A stretch of 64,000 bases of DNA from Octopus vulgaris (GCA_951406725.2 OX597831.1:7006001-7070000); one strand, 5' to 3'; positions 24,169 through 37,405 are shown, numbered from the stretch's first letter. Numbers and translations are program-made. Notes: generated from the sequence alone by a model not told the origin.

Positions 24169-24519
24169 GAGTCCACTCTATTGAAGCAAGCATTCAGCCA
24201 AGGCTCCTGAAGAAAACTTCCTCTGAAAAATGTCATAGGCACTGCATTTCCTTCTGTAATTAGCCATAAACATTAAAAGAAAAGGAAAGAAAAGAAATTG
24301 TCAACCACGTATTTTGCCTTCTGTTTTCATCTGTAAAAACAAAATATTGTTTGCTAAGCTTTGAGTCATGTTGGACATCCCTCTTGCCAACAGTAATTTA
24401 ACCAAAGTAAAATACAGTATTTTGTGCAAATCATTATTTTAACATCCTCTTTTCCATGTTTGCCTGGGTCAAAGTTTATTTGTGGCAGATTTTCTGCAGT
24501 TGGATGTACTTACTTGTAC

Positions 24520-24805
24520 TTGTGGCGACATTCACCCAGGGTGGGTTGAGTCGGCTTCTTCTACCACCCTCGAGGCATCTCAAACCATGGCAGCCCACGC
24601 ACGACGGTCCTGCGCCAGTTCACTGGAGATAGCGAGCCAGTCACGGTTCCATCGGCGCAGACCGACCACCTGCGGTCCCGTGAGCATGGAGAGGTCCTCC
24701 TTGATCGTCGTAACCCAGGTCTTCAGCTGCCCACCCACGCGTTTCTGCCAGTTGGGAAGTGGAGTTGGGAGAAAGACATCACGGCTCAGTTCACCCACCG
24801 GACGC
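24520..24805 (-). mobile_element. RTE-like LINE 3' fragment (second family)
   Basis: GC-rich. Encodes PNWQKRVGGQLKTWVTTIKEDL...ELAQDRRAWAAMV, an RTE-type C-terminus. Confidence 0.75.
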
Positions 24806-25489
24806 CTACATGCATGGACAAATCACCACAAGTGCCGTTGCAGAAGGACAGATAGAAGGGGATGCAGAGACAGGCAAAGTCGGAGTTGGATGCCTTTCAA
24901 GTCATCAATGTTCACCCATTTCCAAGATCCATTGCCAGAGATTCTTTGCTTGCAATACTGGAAATGAACAACACTGCTTGGATGACAGTGAGACTCATTT
25001 ACAACTAACACACAATGTCAAAACAAGAACACACACACACACACATTGGGCTTTTTTCTACTTGCCATTGCTCAAATCCACTCTCAGGACCTGATGAAAA
25101 TATATTTGATTGACATAAATATTGTTCATCAAGTGGGTACAAAATGCTCCTCATCCACTCTGTAGTGCCTGGTGTTAGGAAGGGAATTCTGCCATAGAAA
25201 CCCTATTAAAAGTAACATATCCAAGGAACATGTGGATCTACAACCCATGTAGGAGGACAGTAACTCCAAATAAGAGCTGAATAGGGTCATAATGACCAGT
25301 CCAACTCCTGACAGAATGGAAGATGATGACAATGCTGGTCATTTAATCCTTAATCCTTAAGGAAGATAGAGGGGGAGGGAATGACGTAAATGGTAGGAGC
25401 TGGAAATAAATTGGAACTGGTTTTCTGGTAATCTAAGAAACCAAGATTCTTTACTTTTTAAAAATGAATTCAATTTTTTTTTTGTTTAG

Positions 25490-25540
25490 TGGAACAAAGA
25501 AAACCCAGGTGACCTTTGGGAAGATCTACAGGATGTTTAG
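25490..25540 (+). CDS. TMEM232: TMEM232-like last coding exon (WNKENPGDLWEDLQDV*)
   Basis: T-rich ttgtttag| acceptor, phase 0, completes the DQW.KE motif, TAG at 25538-25540. Confidence 0.72.
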   Translation, partial: WNKENPGDLWEDLQDV

Positions 25541-27769
25541 TCCTGCAACTCTGATAAAAATGTAATATAGTCACACTGGATGTACACGAGGGAGAAGAAC
25601 ATTCCACAAGAAAACGGTAGGTAAACATTTGGTTAATATTCTAACCATTGTCTCAAATAATGTTGATGTTCTTGTAATGTTATAACACCTATTAATAATA
25701 TTCTAAACTTATGAGTAAAAAAAACTTCGATGAAGTCTAAGGATTCATCGAATTTGAATAACATTGCATACAAGCAATAAGAATGTCTGGCAATTATTAA
25801 CATTTGAAAATTGTATTATGTAAATTATCATCATCGTTTAATGCTCGTCTTGCATTCATGCATGGGTAGGACGGTTGACAGGAGACAGCCAGGTAGAAGA
25901 CTACCCCAGGCTACTGTGTCTGCTTTGGCAGGGTTTTTATGGCTGGTTGCCCTTCCTAACACATGCTCCTTGTGCTTAAATAAACTGCAAAGCCAACTGA
26001 TATCATTTTCTGCTGTCTGATAACTTAGTCTTTAAGGGGTCAGCATATCACCTTGGTGTCACTGGAACTCATGATGGCAAGCTTTATCTCGAATCATCAT
26101 CATCATCATTTAATGTCCGCTTTCCATGCTATCATGGGTTGGACGATTTGACTGAGGTCTGGTGAACCAGACTCCAATCTGATCTGGCAGAGTTTCTACA
26201 GCTGGATGCCCTTCCTAATGCCAACCACTCCGTGAGTGTAGTGGGTGCTTTTATGTGCCATCGGCACGAGGGCCAGTTTGTTGGTACTGGCAACGGCCAC
26301 GTCCAAAAGGTGCTTTTTACATGCCACCTGTACAGGAGCCAGTCCAGCGAAGTTATAAGAAGTCACAGCATCAGTGTTTCCCAACCATTTTGGCTGAACA
26401 TCCCCTGCTAAAAACACTTGAATATTTAATGCACCCAAAATTTTTACTTTTATATGATAAATGTAAAGGCTACGATTAAACTTAATAAAAAAAATCTATT
26501 GTTCACAACTCATTTCATGGCTCTTAATGGCCTTTTTAGGGGGACAGTATGGACCCTTCTTGAGAACCACTTCTTGAGAACCACCAAGTGTGGCTGCTGC
26601 CAGCCTCCCCTGGCACTTGTGCCAGTGGCACGTAAAAATCACCCACTACACTCACGGAGTGGTTGACGTTAGGAAGGGCATCCAGCTGTAGAAACTCTGC
26701 CAGATCAAGATTGGAGCCTGGTGCAGCCATCTGGTTCGCCAGCCCTCAGTCAAAATCGTCAAACCCATGCTAGCATGGAAAGCGGACGTTAAACGATGAT
26801 GATGATGGAAAAGTAGATGTTTGAAACAACCACGATGTAATTGATGATGTTCCCATTGGATGCTTTCTGAGGTGAAATGGAAACTAATGTTTGGCATTCC
26901 CAGAGGTAATTAAATAAAGTGAGCTTAAATGATTGCACCAAGAAATTGAAAAGAGGCCAATATTTTGGTTTGGTGAGAGATCAACCATCATTTTATGGCA
27001 CTCACCTGTACCTAACAACACCTTTATATCATCTAATAATCCAAAGACAGACTCAGTTGTATCCCAACTCCTCACAGCAATAAAAAGTAACTCCTTATGG
27101 AACCTATATCTGTTTAGAATAGTGAGCCAGTGAAAATTGTCTTTATTAAGAGTGCAAGATATAAATGCTAACAGGAATCGGCTGTCTTGTGAGACATTAA
27201 GCCGGCAGCTTTCCATGCTTAATGTTTCACATCAGTTGAAAAGATTTTGGTTTCATAAACGTTTTTTTTTTGTAGTTGTTACCATCTGAACGTGGCCATT
27301 GCCAGCCTACCCTGGCACCTAAAAAGCACCATCTGTACGTGGCCGATGCCAGCGCCGCCTTGACTGGCTTCCGTGCCGGTGGCACGTAAAAAGCACCAAC
27401 CAATCGTAGCTGTTGCCAGCCTCCCCTGGCACCTGTGCCGGTGGTACGTAAAAAACACCCACTACACTCTCGGAGTGGTTGGCATTAGGAAGGGCATCCA
27501 GCTGTAGAAACACTGTCAGATCAGACTGGAGCCTGATGCAGCCTCCTGGCTTCCCGGACCCCTGTTGAACCGTCCAACCCATGCTAGCATGTTAAACGAT
27601 GATGATGATGATGATTGAGGTGTAGAGGTGGGGGGGATAATTCAGATTTTCTATCAAAAAAGAATCGATGTAATTGAAATAGATTTGTTCCCTTCTAAAT
27701 TAGAAAAAAAATAAAATAAAATAAATTTCTTAAATAAATAAGGAATAATGTTGAACTGAGTCGACATGT

Positions 27770-30700
27770 TGAAATTGTTTTTTTAAATATTTATTAACAT
27801 TTCCAAAAACAGTCTCATAGACTGAAATTTCATAGCCAACCATCTAGAGACAGAAATAACAATGTCGTTTTTACATGTGTTCCAGTCCTTCATTGAAAAA
27901 TAATAATAAAAATAATAATAATAAAAGCTAACAATAAGTCTCTAACATGCTTTACATAAGTATTTGTGGCATTTGCACTCAAGTTGTTGTGTGAAGAGAA
28001 AAACGGAGAGGTAAAAAGCATTGTTAAACAATTTCACAAGACAAGGCAGCTTATATATTTTTTTTTTTACAATTTGTGGTTTTTCACTAGCAACAGCAAC
28101 ATTTGTCTACTAAATATATGGAAAAATTTATTTTCTTAATGAATTAAGCAGAGGGAGAATAATAGAACTTTGACTAGGTTTTCATTAGAAATTCATTATT
28201 TAATTCTCTTTTTTTTCTTTTAATCTGTTAAATTGTTATTCGGAACCAAGTTGAGATTGAATGCATCCTCAACTAAAACAGACACACTTGAGATGTGAGC
28301 CGTGAAAGTTCAGCAGCAAATCTTTACAGAATATAAGATTTCTAATCCTCAAGTGTTAGATCTATTAATATGTCTCTCTCTCTTTCTGTATGTACACATT
28401 CAACAGGCTATTTCTTTCAACAACTGCCAGTTGGAGATCATGTTCCTTTCTCTGTTGAGCATCTAAAATCTATTACATTTTATATTACCAGATCGACCTG
28501 AAAGCTTCATCTAATTTATCAAAAGCTTTTAATATAAGGATTTCATTCTCTCCACCCAACAATAGATCAGTTGAAAGATTTTCTTTCACAACAGGACCTG
28601 TGTTTCAGTTTAATTTGAAGGCAAAATCTTCAATTTAGTCTAAAAATATTGGGCTATATAAAACAGTGCAATGAAAGCTCAAATATACTCTCTAAAAAGA
28701 AATCCTCTTTTGGAAGAAATTCCTTAAATTTGATGTATTTTTAATGCCTTATATGAAGAAGCTTTGTCGTTGGTAACATAGTTACAGAGCTCTAATCAAA
28801 GCTATCAACTTCTGACAAGAGTGTAGTCAAAAATTTTAAACTAAAATTCTAAGGAAAAGCTGATTATATAGTAACAACATTGTTAAGATGAGCAATTTAA
28901 ATTTTGTTTTCTGTTACACTGAGAACTTTAAAAAAAATTTATGAACCATTAATGTTTTGGTATTTTAAAATTTCTTTTTGATGTGCGTGCAGAAATGTGT
29001 TTGTATTGAAATTTAACAAACTTGGGTTATATCCGGGTAGCGACAGAGTCTCGTTTGAGGAATTAAGTGAAATACTTAAGAAATACATTCACTGGTATTG
29101 GAAAAGTTACCCCATAACTCAGTTACTGTAGGGACTCTAAACTAGAATACATAGAAAATGAAACTTTTCAATTTGAAAGAAAACAAATTTTAACTTGAAA
29201 AAAATAATATAATGTAAATATTTCACTTTCACTTTTAAACTGAAAATTACCAAACTAAATGTTGAGAAATGTTTCATAGAACTTTAAATGGTTTTCTTCT
29301 TGAAGTGGAATTTTTTTTGTTTTTCTTTCAGTGTCCATGGGTCGGGGTAGTGGTATGCGTTATAATTATTCATGAAGCAAGGGAAATGGAGAAGGCTATT
29401 GTGCAGCAGCAGCAAAACCTGCTTTATATATATATATCGACACACAAAACATTTCTAACACGAGTATCACAGATTGTCTTGTTATTTGGTGAGCACTTGG
29501 ACTAAATATTGCAATTGCACAAGATTTATCAATGAAATAGATTTATTCTTATTTATATATATATAAAAATTAGACAGTAATGTTGTTGAAAACAACCAAC
29601 CAAAGTTCAAACTACAAATTAAACACTTTTTTTGGTTTATATTTAGCACAGACGGAGGGGTGGGGCGGATAGGTGAAACTGTCTTTTCTCAAACATTGAA
29701 GGGAATAAAAAAAAATCTCAATTGTAATATTTCTAAAATACGAGGAAAAAAAAAGAAGTTAAACAAAAGAAGATACTGCTGAAATGTGTATTTCTCTTTT
29801 ACTTGCTTCAGCCATAAGACTGGTCATGCTGGGGCAGCGCTTTGAAGAATTTTAGTCAAAAGAATTGACCCCAGGACTTTTTTTCTTAAAGCAATTGAGA
29901 AATTATTTTAGCAAATGAATGCTGTGTAGGAATTTTGATTGCTGAACAGTGATGCATAATAATCCTTTGTTATAGGCACAAGGCCAGCAATTTTGACAAG
30001 GGGGTGGGTGTGATTAACTGTATATATTGGACCTTAGTACTTGAATCGGTTACATCCACAGTTTTTTCTATTCAGTATCTATAAAATTCTATATCAAATT
30101 TATAAATGAAAAAAAAAATTAAAAAAAGCATAATTAATCTAATTGCTTCAAGATGAGTGTCGTTAGTAATTCCATGATGAAGACAGAATAAATGAAATCG
30201 TAAATTGTGAGGGGAAAGCCACTAAAATTTAATCTACACCTGTACAGAATGAAATGATGAGGGATCTGATAGCTTTTGCAGAACTTTCTCCAAGCTTTTG
30301 CTCATCACTTCCTTTGTGTGTGTAAATGTGAATAAAGCTAAAGATGTCTCAGCTATATTTTTCTCTGTCTCTAAGAGAAATATACCTAAAAGCTAAAAAG
30401 AACTTGTAATACTTCTTCCCAAATGAATTTGCATCTTATTTTTAATTCCTGATGTGAAGAAATCTTCACTTCATTGAGAAAAAAATCTCATCTTTTCTGA
30501 CTTTTATAAACCTAGAAAATACATGTCAATGAGAAGCTAGGGTTCGAGTGTGTCCCACTATTGAACACACTCCCTAATTAAAAACACCCCCTATATCTGC
30601 ATGGCTGATTCATTCCAAACTGCATTCCTTTGTATCCCCCCCCCCCCATGTCTGTACACTGACCAATATGCAAATTCACAATAAATATACTCCTTGCTTA

Positions 30701-33700
30701 CAAGTTATAACCGGGCAGATACCATCAAGGTAGAATCAATAATTTTCCATTATAGATTGCTAATCAAATATAAAAGTGGAGCTAAGACAATTTCAAAGTG
30801 AAACATTGTTTTACTGATAAAAAAAAAATTATCTTCCTCACACCCTTTTCAACACCTTTTTGTTTTTCTTTTCTAGAATATTCTATCTTCTTTGGTGATT
30901 TCAGATCTGAAATCCAAACCCAATGTGGAAGAAAAAGAAAATTGTATGTAAAAAAAAACCAACTTATATTTTAATGATAGAAATAAGAAAGTTGTCATAT
31001 CATATATTGTATAAAAAAAACCAAAAACAACTAACGAACTGACAGTCTTCAGTGTTGTTATAGGAGGGCTGATCAAAAGGAAGGCTGTAAAATTATGCAT
31101 CAAAATATAAGTTCATGTCGGAACATAGCAAAGGTGAATGCCCACAGAAGCGGGGGACATGCCTCCTCAAAAGTGAGGAAATAAAATATATTCGCTTTTT
31201 CTTTTGCATTCTTTCTCTCTCATACAGACAACCCACATCCGTACAACTATATTTTCTCATTAGTTATAGAAGTCAGAAAAATAAATTTAACAAAACAAAA
31301 CTAAAAGCAATTTTCAGTTTGGAAGGGAAAGCTCTGTCATCTTTCTAACGTTTCAGTCTCTTAGGACCCAATAGCTATCAGCTCACCATTTCCCAAGAAA
31401 TGCCAGTTTATATGGAAGATAATGATGGGTTATATATACAGATCGATGGTTTGCTAAACTAAAAACACTCTTCTTGCTTTTCCTGCAAATATTAATGAGA
31501 TGGAACAAGAAGCTGTCGAATTAAAATAGAATTTGATGTGTGGTGGTGAGTAAATCGTGTGGGTTGATTATGTTAAAGAGCATGGATAACATCGAACAAT
31601 CTGTTAGCTGTGAAGTGGACAGTGTTAACTAAATAATAAGGGTTTCAAATTTTGGCACAAGGCCAGCAATTTTAGGGGAGGGGTAAGTCAATTACATTGA
31701 CCCCTGTACACAACTGGTACTTATTTTATTGACCTCAAAAGGTTGAAAGGAAAGTCAACCTTGGCAGCATTTGAACTCAGAATGTAAAACTGGAAGAAAT
31801 ACTGCTAAGTATTTTGTCCGGCACAGTAAGGGATTCTGCCTAATTTGGTCAGACAGAACCGTCATGAATTTATAAAATATCTGTGATTCCATGACGAACT
31901 AAAATGTTAAACCCAAAATAAGACGGTTTTAAAATAAATTTTGTGTGAATGATAAAGGAATGAAGTAGCAACCAATAGTTTCATTGTTTCTTATTTTGGT
32001 TCCGTAAACAGCTGACAACTGTGTTGCCTTCCTCTATAATACTTATTTACACCCTTGCATCTTGGACTCTTTGAGGATTGGAGAATGGCTGAAAAAAAAT
32101 CACTGAATTGTAACAGAGAGCAAATTCAAGGGATGGTAAAATATTCGGTAAAATGGTCTTTTTTTTTTAGTTATTTTTAAAATTTTGGCAAATGATAACT
32201 AAAATAACAATAGAAAAAATACAGCCATGATACGAAATGGCTCTGAGTCCCAGAAGGATTTTTTCCAATAACAAACAAGTAAATATAACAATTTAAATAA
32301 ATTTAAAAACAAAAAAACTATTTGTAATCCATGCTTTTCAAGAGCATTTCATCAGACTAAAGTAACGAAAAATAAAACTGCTACAATTAATTACTTTGAT
32401 TCTAACAAAGTACATGGATTGTTTTAAGATAAAATTGTTGTTGAAAATATTTATGAGACAGGGAACTAAGCAAAAAAAAAAAGAGTTATCTAAAAAGAAA
32501 CCGATTAAGAAATATTTAATTTCCTTAAATAAACGAAATGTAAATTATAAAGTACCAGGTAGAAATTAGTTATTTTGGTCCCCTTTTTTATTTAACGTCA
32601 TTCACATAAATAGTTTTACATTTGTAAATAAGGGTTATTCAAGTCTGTGGCATCAAAATATTCCCATCCTAGAAATTAGTCAACTTTATAACAATTTCCT
32701 TTACAAAAAAAAAAAAAAAGAAGCAAATCTCATGATGTTTGTTATGCAAATTGTTTGTCGAAATGCTGTACAATTCCTTTGGTAGCAGCAAAGTCTGTGA
32801 AAAGCTTTAACAGACATTTTATATATTTATAAATCTGCAGAAAGCTGTTGAATAATAAAAAACCTAAAAAACTCATTGTTTTTTTCCTTCAGTTTAGAAA
32901 TTAATTCGACCATATAACTTATATTCATCAAAGCTGAATACTTAAAGACAGAAATTTATGATCAAACATTTTTCTAATGTTAAAAAAAAAAGAAAACAAG
33001 TCTATGAGTCACTTAGCTGAGAGGAATTTCTGCCATTCAAATAACTTTGTGAATCTTTTAAGTTCCTGCTACAGAATTTATTGGAATCCAGAAGAACAAT
33101 TAATAATATCCATGAGATCTGCTGAAATGGTTCAGGGGCGATGGGAAGAAACTCAGTTAAAGTTAAAAAATCAATCATAATAACAACAATAACAGTAATA
33201 ATAATAATAAAACCCATTTGTATGACAGCTTTTTGTGGTATTTTGCCCTGACATTTTAATTACTAGAAAGACAAAATGTCAGAAACTAAGAATCAGTTGA
33301 CTTTTGCAATAGAAAGCTCAGTTGTGTCCAAAGGGAAGTCGTCCTTGAACCAAGCTGTTGCAGGAAAGTAACAAGTGTTAAAGAAACAGCAGAAATAGTT
33401 AGTATTATTATTATTATTATTATTGTGGTGTGAAGGTAGGTGAAAATATCTTCTTATCAGTGATATGACTAGAAAAGCTGATTGTTTTTTTTTTTTTGGT
33501 TTTTCTTTCGACATACAAAGAGAAGCTGTTGAAAAGGTGGGAACCAGCTAAAGTTGTTGTTGTTGTTGTTGATAATAACATTTGTTGCTACTGAGGCTGT
33601 GGTACTTCATTGAGGCCAGCTGGGTGCTGTTTGATGCAGCAGTGAAGTTGCACTAGAAATTCTGTTGTCCGTTTGGTTTAGTAGCAGCAGCAGCTTTGGT

Positions 33701-33785
33701 GGGATTAAAAATGGCAGCAAGGATAGAATGCTGCAGACTGGTGGAGACTATTCGTAATGTTTGTTGTGGGCTGTTATCAGCAGAA
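27770..33785 (-). other. Probable long (~6 kb) 3'UTR of the BCH-domain gene
   Basis: Continues from the terminal exon. AT-rich and nearly free of the young SINEs that fill the introns. Minus-strand AATAAA at 27795-27790 is followed by a U-rich tract. Confidence 0.5.
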
Positions 33786-33891
33786 CTAGTTGTTTGAGCT
33801 GGAATTTGCTGGAATATCAGGAAAGAAACTGTTCTTCTGTGAGCGTTCTTGACAAACAGTTTTTGGGTTGAGTTTCATCAATCGGTCCAAT
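33786..33891 (-). CDS. BCH gene terminal exon, coding in isoform B (LDRLMKLNPKTVCQERSQKNSFFPDIPANSSSNN*) and 3'UTR in isoform A
   Basis: ttttgactttgctgcag| acceptor. Phase-2 join to 39690 is open for 34 codons up to TAG at 33788-33786. Confidence 0.65.
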
Positions 33892-33983
33892 CTGCAGCAA
33901 AGTCAAAATGATAAGCAGACACCTTAGTGACTATACAAATAATAATATTAATAATATAAGCAAATACATAACAAACAAAAATA

Positions 33984-34020
<37 letters not shown>

Positions 34021-34299
34021 AGGGACTGCTATTTCTATAAACTCCATTTAAGATTTATTACTTTAAGCAGAAAACTGAAAGTTTATAAACTAATAAAGAT
34101 TTAATATTTGTTCACAATACAAGAAAATAAACTGAGAAATGGTTTGATAAAAATGGTCTTATAAAAAAAAAAAACGTGCAAGAATTGATGTTAAGAAAAT
34201 GAATTCAGTTTAACGAGAAAAAGAAAAGTAAACAAATTTTTGAATAAAATAGCATTATTGAACTTGTTAATACTTTTTTTAAAAAATAAAGTCAACAAA

Positions 34300-34643
34300 T
34301 ATTGTTGTATTTAGGAATGGTCATTTTGCCAGTTTAGCCAATAAAAACACACGTACTATATATTTGGTGCTAATTTGCTTCAGCGTTATTTACTTTTTAC
34401 ATTAATCTTAATCTTATTTCAGCCAGAGTTCTTTCGTCACACTCCTGTGACCTCATCAGTGGTCCTTTGCTTTCTTCTTTCTTATTTGTGTCTCTCTCTA
34501 CTAACAGTCAGCTATTTTGTATATATAGTGCATGTGTTTTTATTAGCTAAACTGGCAAAATGACCATTCCTAAATACAACAATATCTGTTTCAACACACG
34601 ATTTCACATCGAAAATCTTGCAAAACAAATATGTAAATGTAAC
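34300..34643 (-). mobile_element. Fold-back Penelope-like element remnant with minimal hammerhead motif
   Basis: 12-bp TSD AAAGTCAACAAA (34288-34299, 34644-34655), ~63-bp inverted arms, CTGATGAG-GTCACA-GGAG-TGTGAC-GAAA on the minus strand. Confidence 0.72.
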
Positions 34644-34903
34644 AAAGTCAACAAACATTGCAATAAATTCTTTAGATGATTTTTGTTGTTTTACAAAATT
34701 ATTATTCAAATCATTAAAAAACGAAAAGAAAAGAAAAAAGAAAAACCATGGTGATGGCTACATTTCAAGCAAATATTTCTGCAGATCTCTTCAGCAAACT
34801 ATTAGATTGACCAGGAAATATCTCTCTAGTTGTCTACCTCCATGCAACCAGTGTGTTTGCTAAAGATGGTCGAAAAAGATAATTAGCTAAAAGAAAGCTA
34901 TAT

Positions 34904-35062
34904 ACTTTCTATCAACTTCGTTTATTATTATGAAATATTTGGCATAAAATATTTGTGTAACTGCTTCGTAAGATTAATCATTAAAGATAATCATCCACTG
35001 TATGGAGGGATTGAACCTGTTTCTGTTGCTTTACTCTCTTAAAAGATCTGGAAGGTAAACAA
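34904..35062. repeat. ~160-bp direct duplication, copy 1 (copy 2 at 39182-39346)
   Basis: Identical by eye except for the length of a T/(ATT) tract near the start. Confidence 0.92.
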
Positions 35063-36369
35063 GGAATCAGACATCCTTAAAAATATTCTTTGAATCAGCA
35101 ACACAATACACTTTTGTCAGTGATGAAAAGCTCATCTCTAAACCACTGCTTCATATTCCTTATGCCACACAAAAGGGATAATGGTTATGGTCACCGGTTG
35201 TAGAGGCATGGAGGTATCCTTATTCCTGCAAACCTAGCAAGCCATCTTGTCTAAGGTGTGTGGAAAGACTTGTTACATCTGAAAGTCATCCATTGATTGT
35301 TATCTCCCACTGAAAGATTATAAGAACAACTTACTTGAGGAAAACAGTCCCATATCTTTATGCAATACTTCTGCACTTTCCAGGAATGATTTCACAGCAT
35401 CACCTTACTGGCACCTGTGCTGGTGGCATGTGTAAAAAGATTCGAGTGAGGTCATTGCCAGTACCGCTTGACTGGCCCCGTGCTGGTGGCACATAAAAAG
35501 CACCCACTACACTCTCGGAGTGGTTGGTGTTAGGGAGGGCATCCAGCTGTAGAAACTCTGCCAGATCAAGATTGGAGCCTGGTGCGGTCGTCTGGTTCGC
35601 CTGCCCTCAGTCAAAATCGTCCAACCCATGCTAGCATGGAAAGCGGACGTTAAACGATGATGATGATGACGAATGCTTAATTCTTCTCGTAGATTAAGGC
35701 ACTGTATCCCAAGGTGAAAATTAAAGTCGGTCAGTCAAAACATTTTGCAACTTTTAGTGTTGTTTAGACTTTCAGCAGTGAACTCCATGGCCTTGTGGCA
35801 CCTATTTCTCTGCTTCTTATATCATTTTCCCCTTGAAATTCTGCATCAAACACTTGAGGAAATCTTACAATTTAAGGAATGCTAGCCTAAAGAATTCTTT
35901 GTCTGTCTCATATTTGTACAACTCATTAACCTGTCTGAGATTTCTGGAAATCCTTAGATCAACAATGCATTCTCTATGACCCTCCCCCATACACACACAC
36001 AGAGAAAACTTTACTCTCATTGCCAAAGTGCTACAACACATCACATTTTATAACACAAATTCTATAAAAATAATATTTTAGGCTAGATTTTCTTTTCTTT
36101 TTTTTTTTTTCAATATACATGAATTTTATAAAAAAAATATTTGCAGCTAAAAATTTGGTGATACAGCTTTAGTAAAGCAAGGACAAAATGAAAGGAAGAA
36201 AAATACACAAAGCAGTAAATAAAAATGGTAAAATGACTTTGTTAGAAAAACATTTATTAAGATATTAGTGAAACGAAGCAAGCAACTAGACAGGTCGTTA
36301 GCTAAGGTTAAGCAGACATACAAACAACAGCAGACTGGACAGATGGTGGACATGTATGTTACCTGTTAA

Positions 36370-36454
36370 TCATCTTGGTGCTAAGAATGTGGTGGGTGAG
36401 GAGGGGGTAGAAGGTGTAGAATTGGAGTGGTAACTGGAGTAGTGTTCATCATAC
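36370..36454 (-). CDS. BCH gene C-terminal exon, isoform A (YDEHYSSYHSNSTPSTPSSPTTFLAPR*)
   Basis: atttgaag| acceptor in phase 2 gives VKLYDE as expected after the BCH domain. TGA at 36372-36370, then donor CAG|gtaaca 7 nt after the stop. Confidence 0.75.
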
Positions 36455-36974
36455 CTTCAAATGAATGGGAGATGAAATTGATGAAATCAAAAAAATAAAA
36501 GTAGATATTATTTACATTTACTTGATAAAATTGAAAATTTTATTAAATTAGATTTCATCCAAGTCAGCTTCAATCAAGAAGACCCACCAAGGACTACTTT
36601 ATTTCATGTGTTTTTTTTTTTAAATGGTGTAGTTTGGGCGAGATTTAGCTGCTATTTCTAGATGGTTAAGTGACTTTGCTCCCTCATTGACTTATTTTAT
36701 TCAAGAGTATAATTGCGAGAGAGTCTTTGTAACATTAGAAAGAAATCCCCAACAATGAGTTTGATGGAAAAACTTGGACCAGCTTTGTGCAGTCAAATAG
36801 CATTTGTTAATAAAAGAACAACAAAAAATTCTCCAGAGAACTGTGAGTTACTTTGTTGCTGTTGATTAAAACCCCTGCCTAAGAAAGCTGATCCCAGAGA
36901 AACAATCAAATAAAGTAATCAACATCTTTCCCTGTGATGATTTCTATCCTTATTAACTGTGTCTGTGTTATGAT

Positions 36975-37405
36975 ATGATTGTTACCAGCGTCGCCTTACT
37001 GGCACTTGTGCCTGTGCTAGTAGGGTGCCAAGAGCACCATCTGAGCTTGAACGTTGCCAGAGCAGCCAACTGGCTTCCGTACCTGTGGCACGTAAAAGGG
37101 CACCATTCAAGTGTGATCATTACCAACATCGCTTCACTGGCACCTGTGCCGGTGGCACATGTAAAAAAGATTCAAGCGAGGTCATTGCCAGTACCACCTG
37201 ACTGGCCCCTGTGCTGGTGGCATGTAAAAAGCACCCACTACACTCTCAGAGTGGTTGGCATTAGGAAGGGCATCCAGCTGTAGAAACTCTACCAAATTAA
37301 GAGTGGAGCCTGGTGCAGCCATCTGGTTCGCCAGCCCTCAATCAAAATCGTCCAACCCATGCTAGCATGGAAAGCGGACGTTAAACGATGATGATGATGA
37401 TGATG
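36975..37405 (+). mobile_element. Family B retroposon copy
   Basis: Tandem gtggcacgtaaaaagcacc units, conserved core and (GAT)n tail. Confidence 0.8.

Noticed and set aside
25727-25753. Short inverted repeat ttcgatgaa...ttcatcgaa
   Set aside because: Only ~9-bp arms with no hammerhead or other core motif. Expected by chance or from repeat decay.
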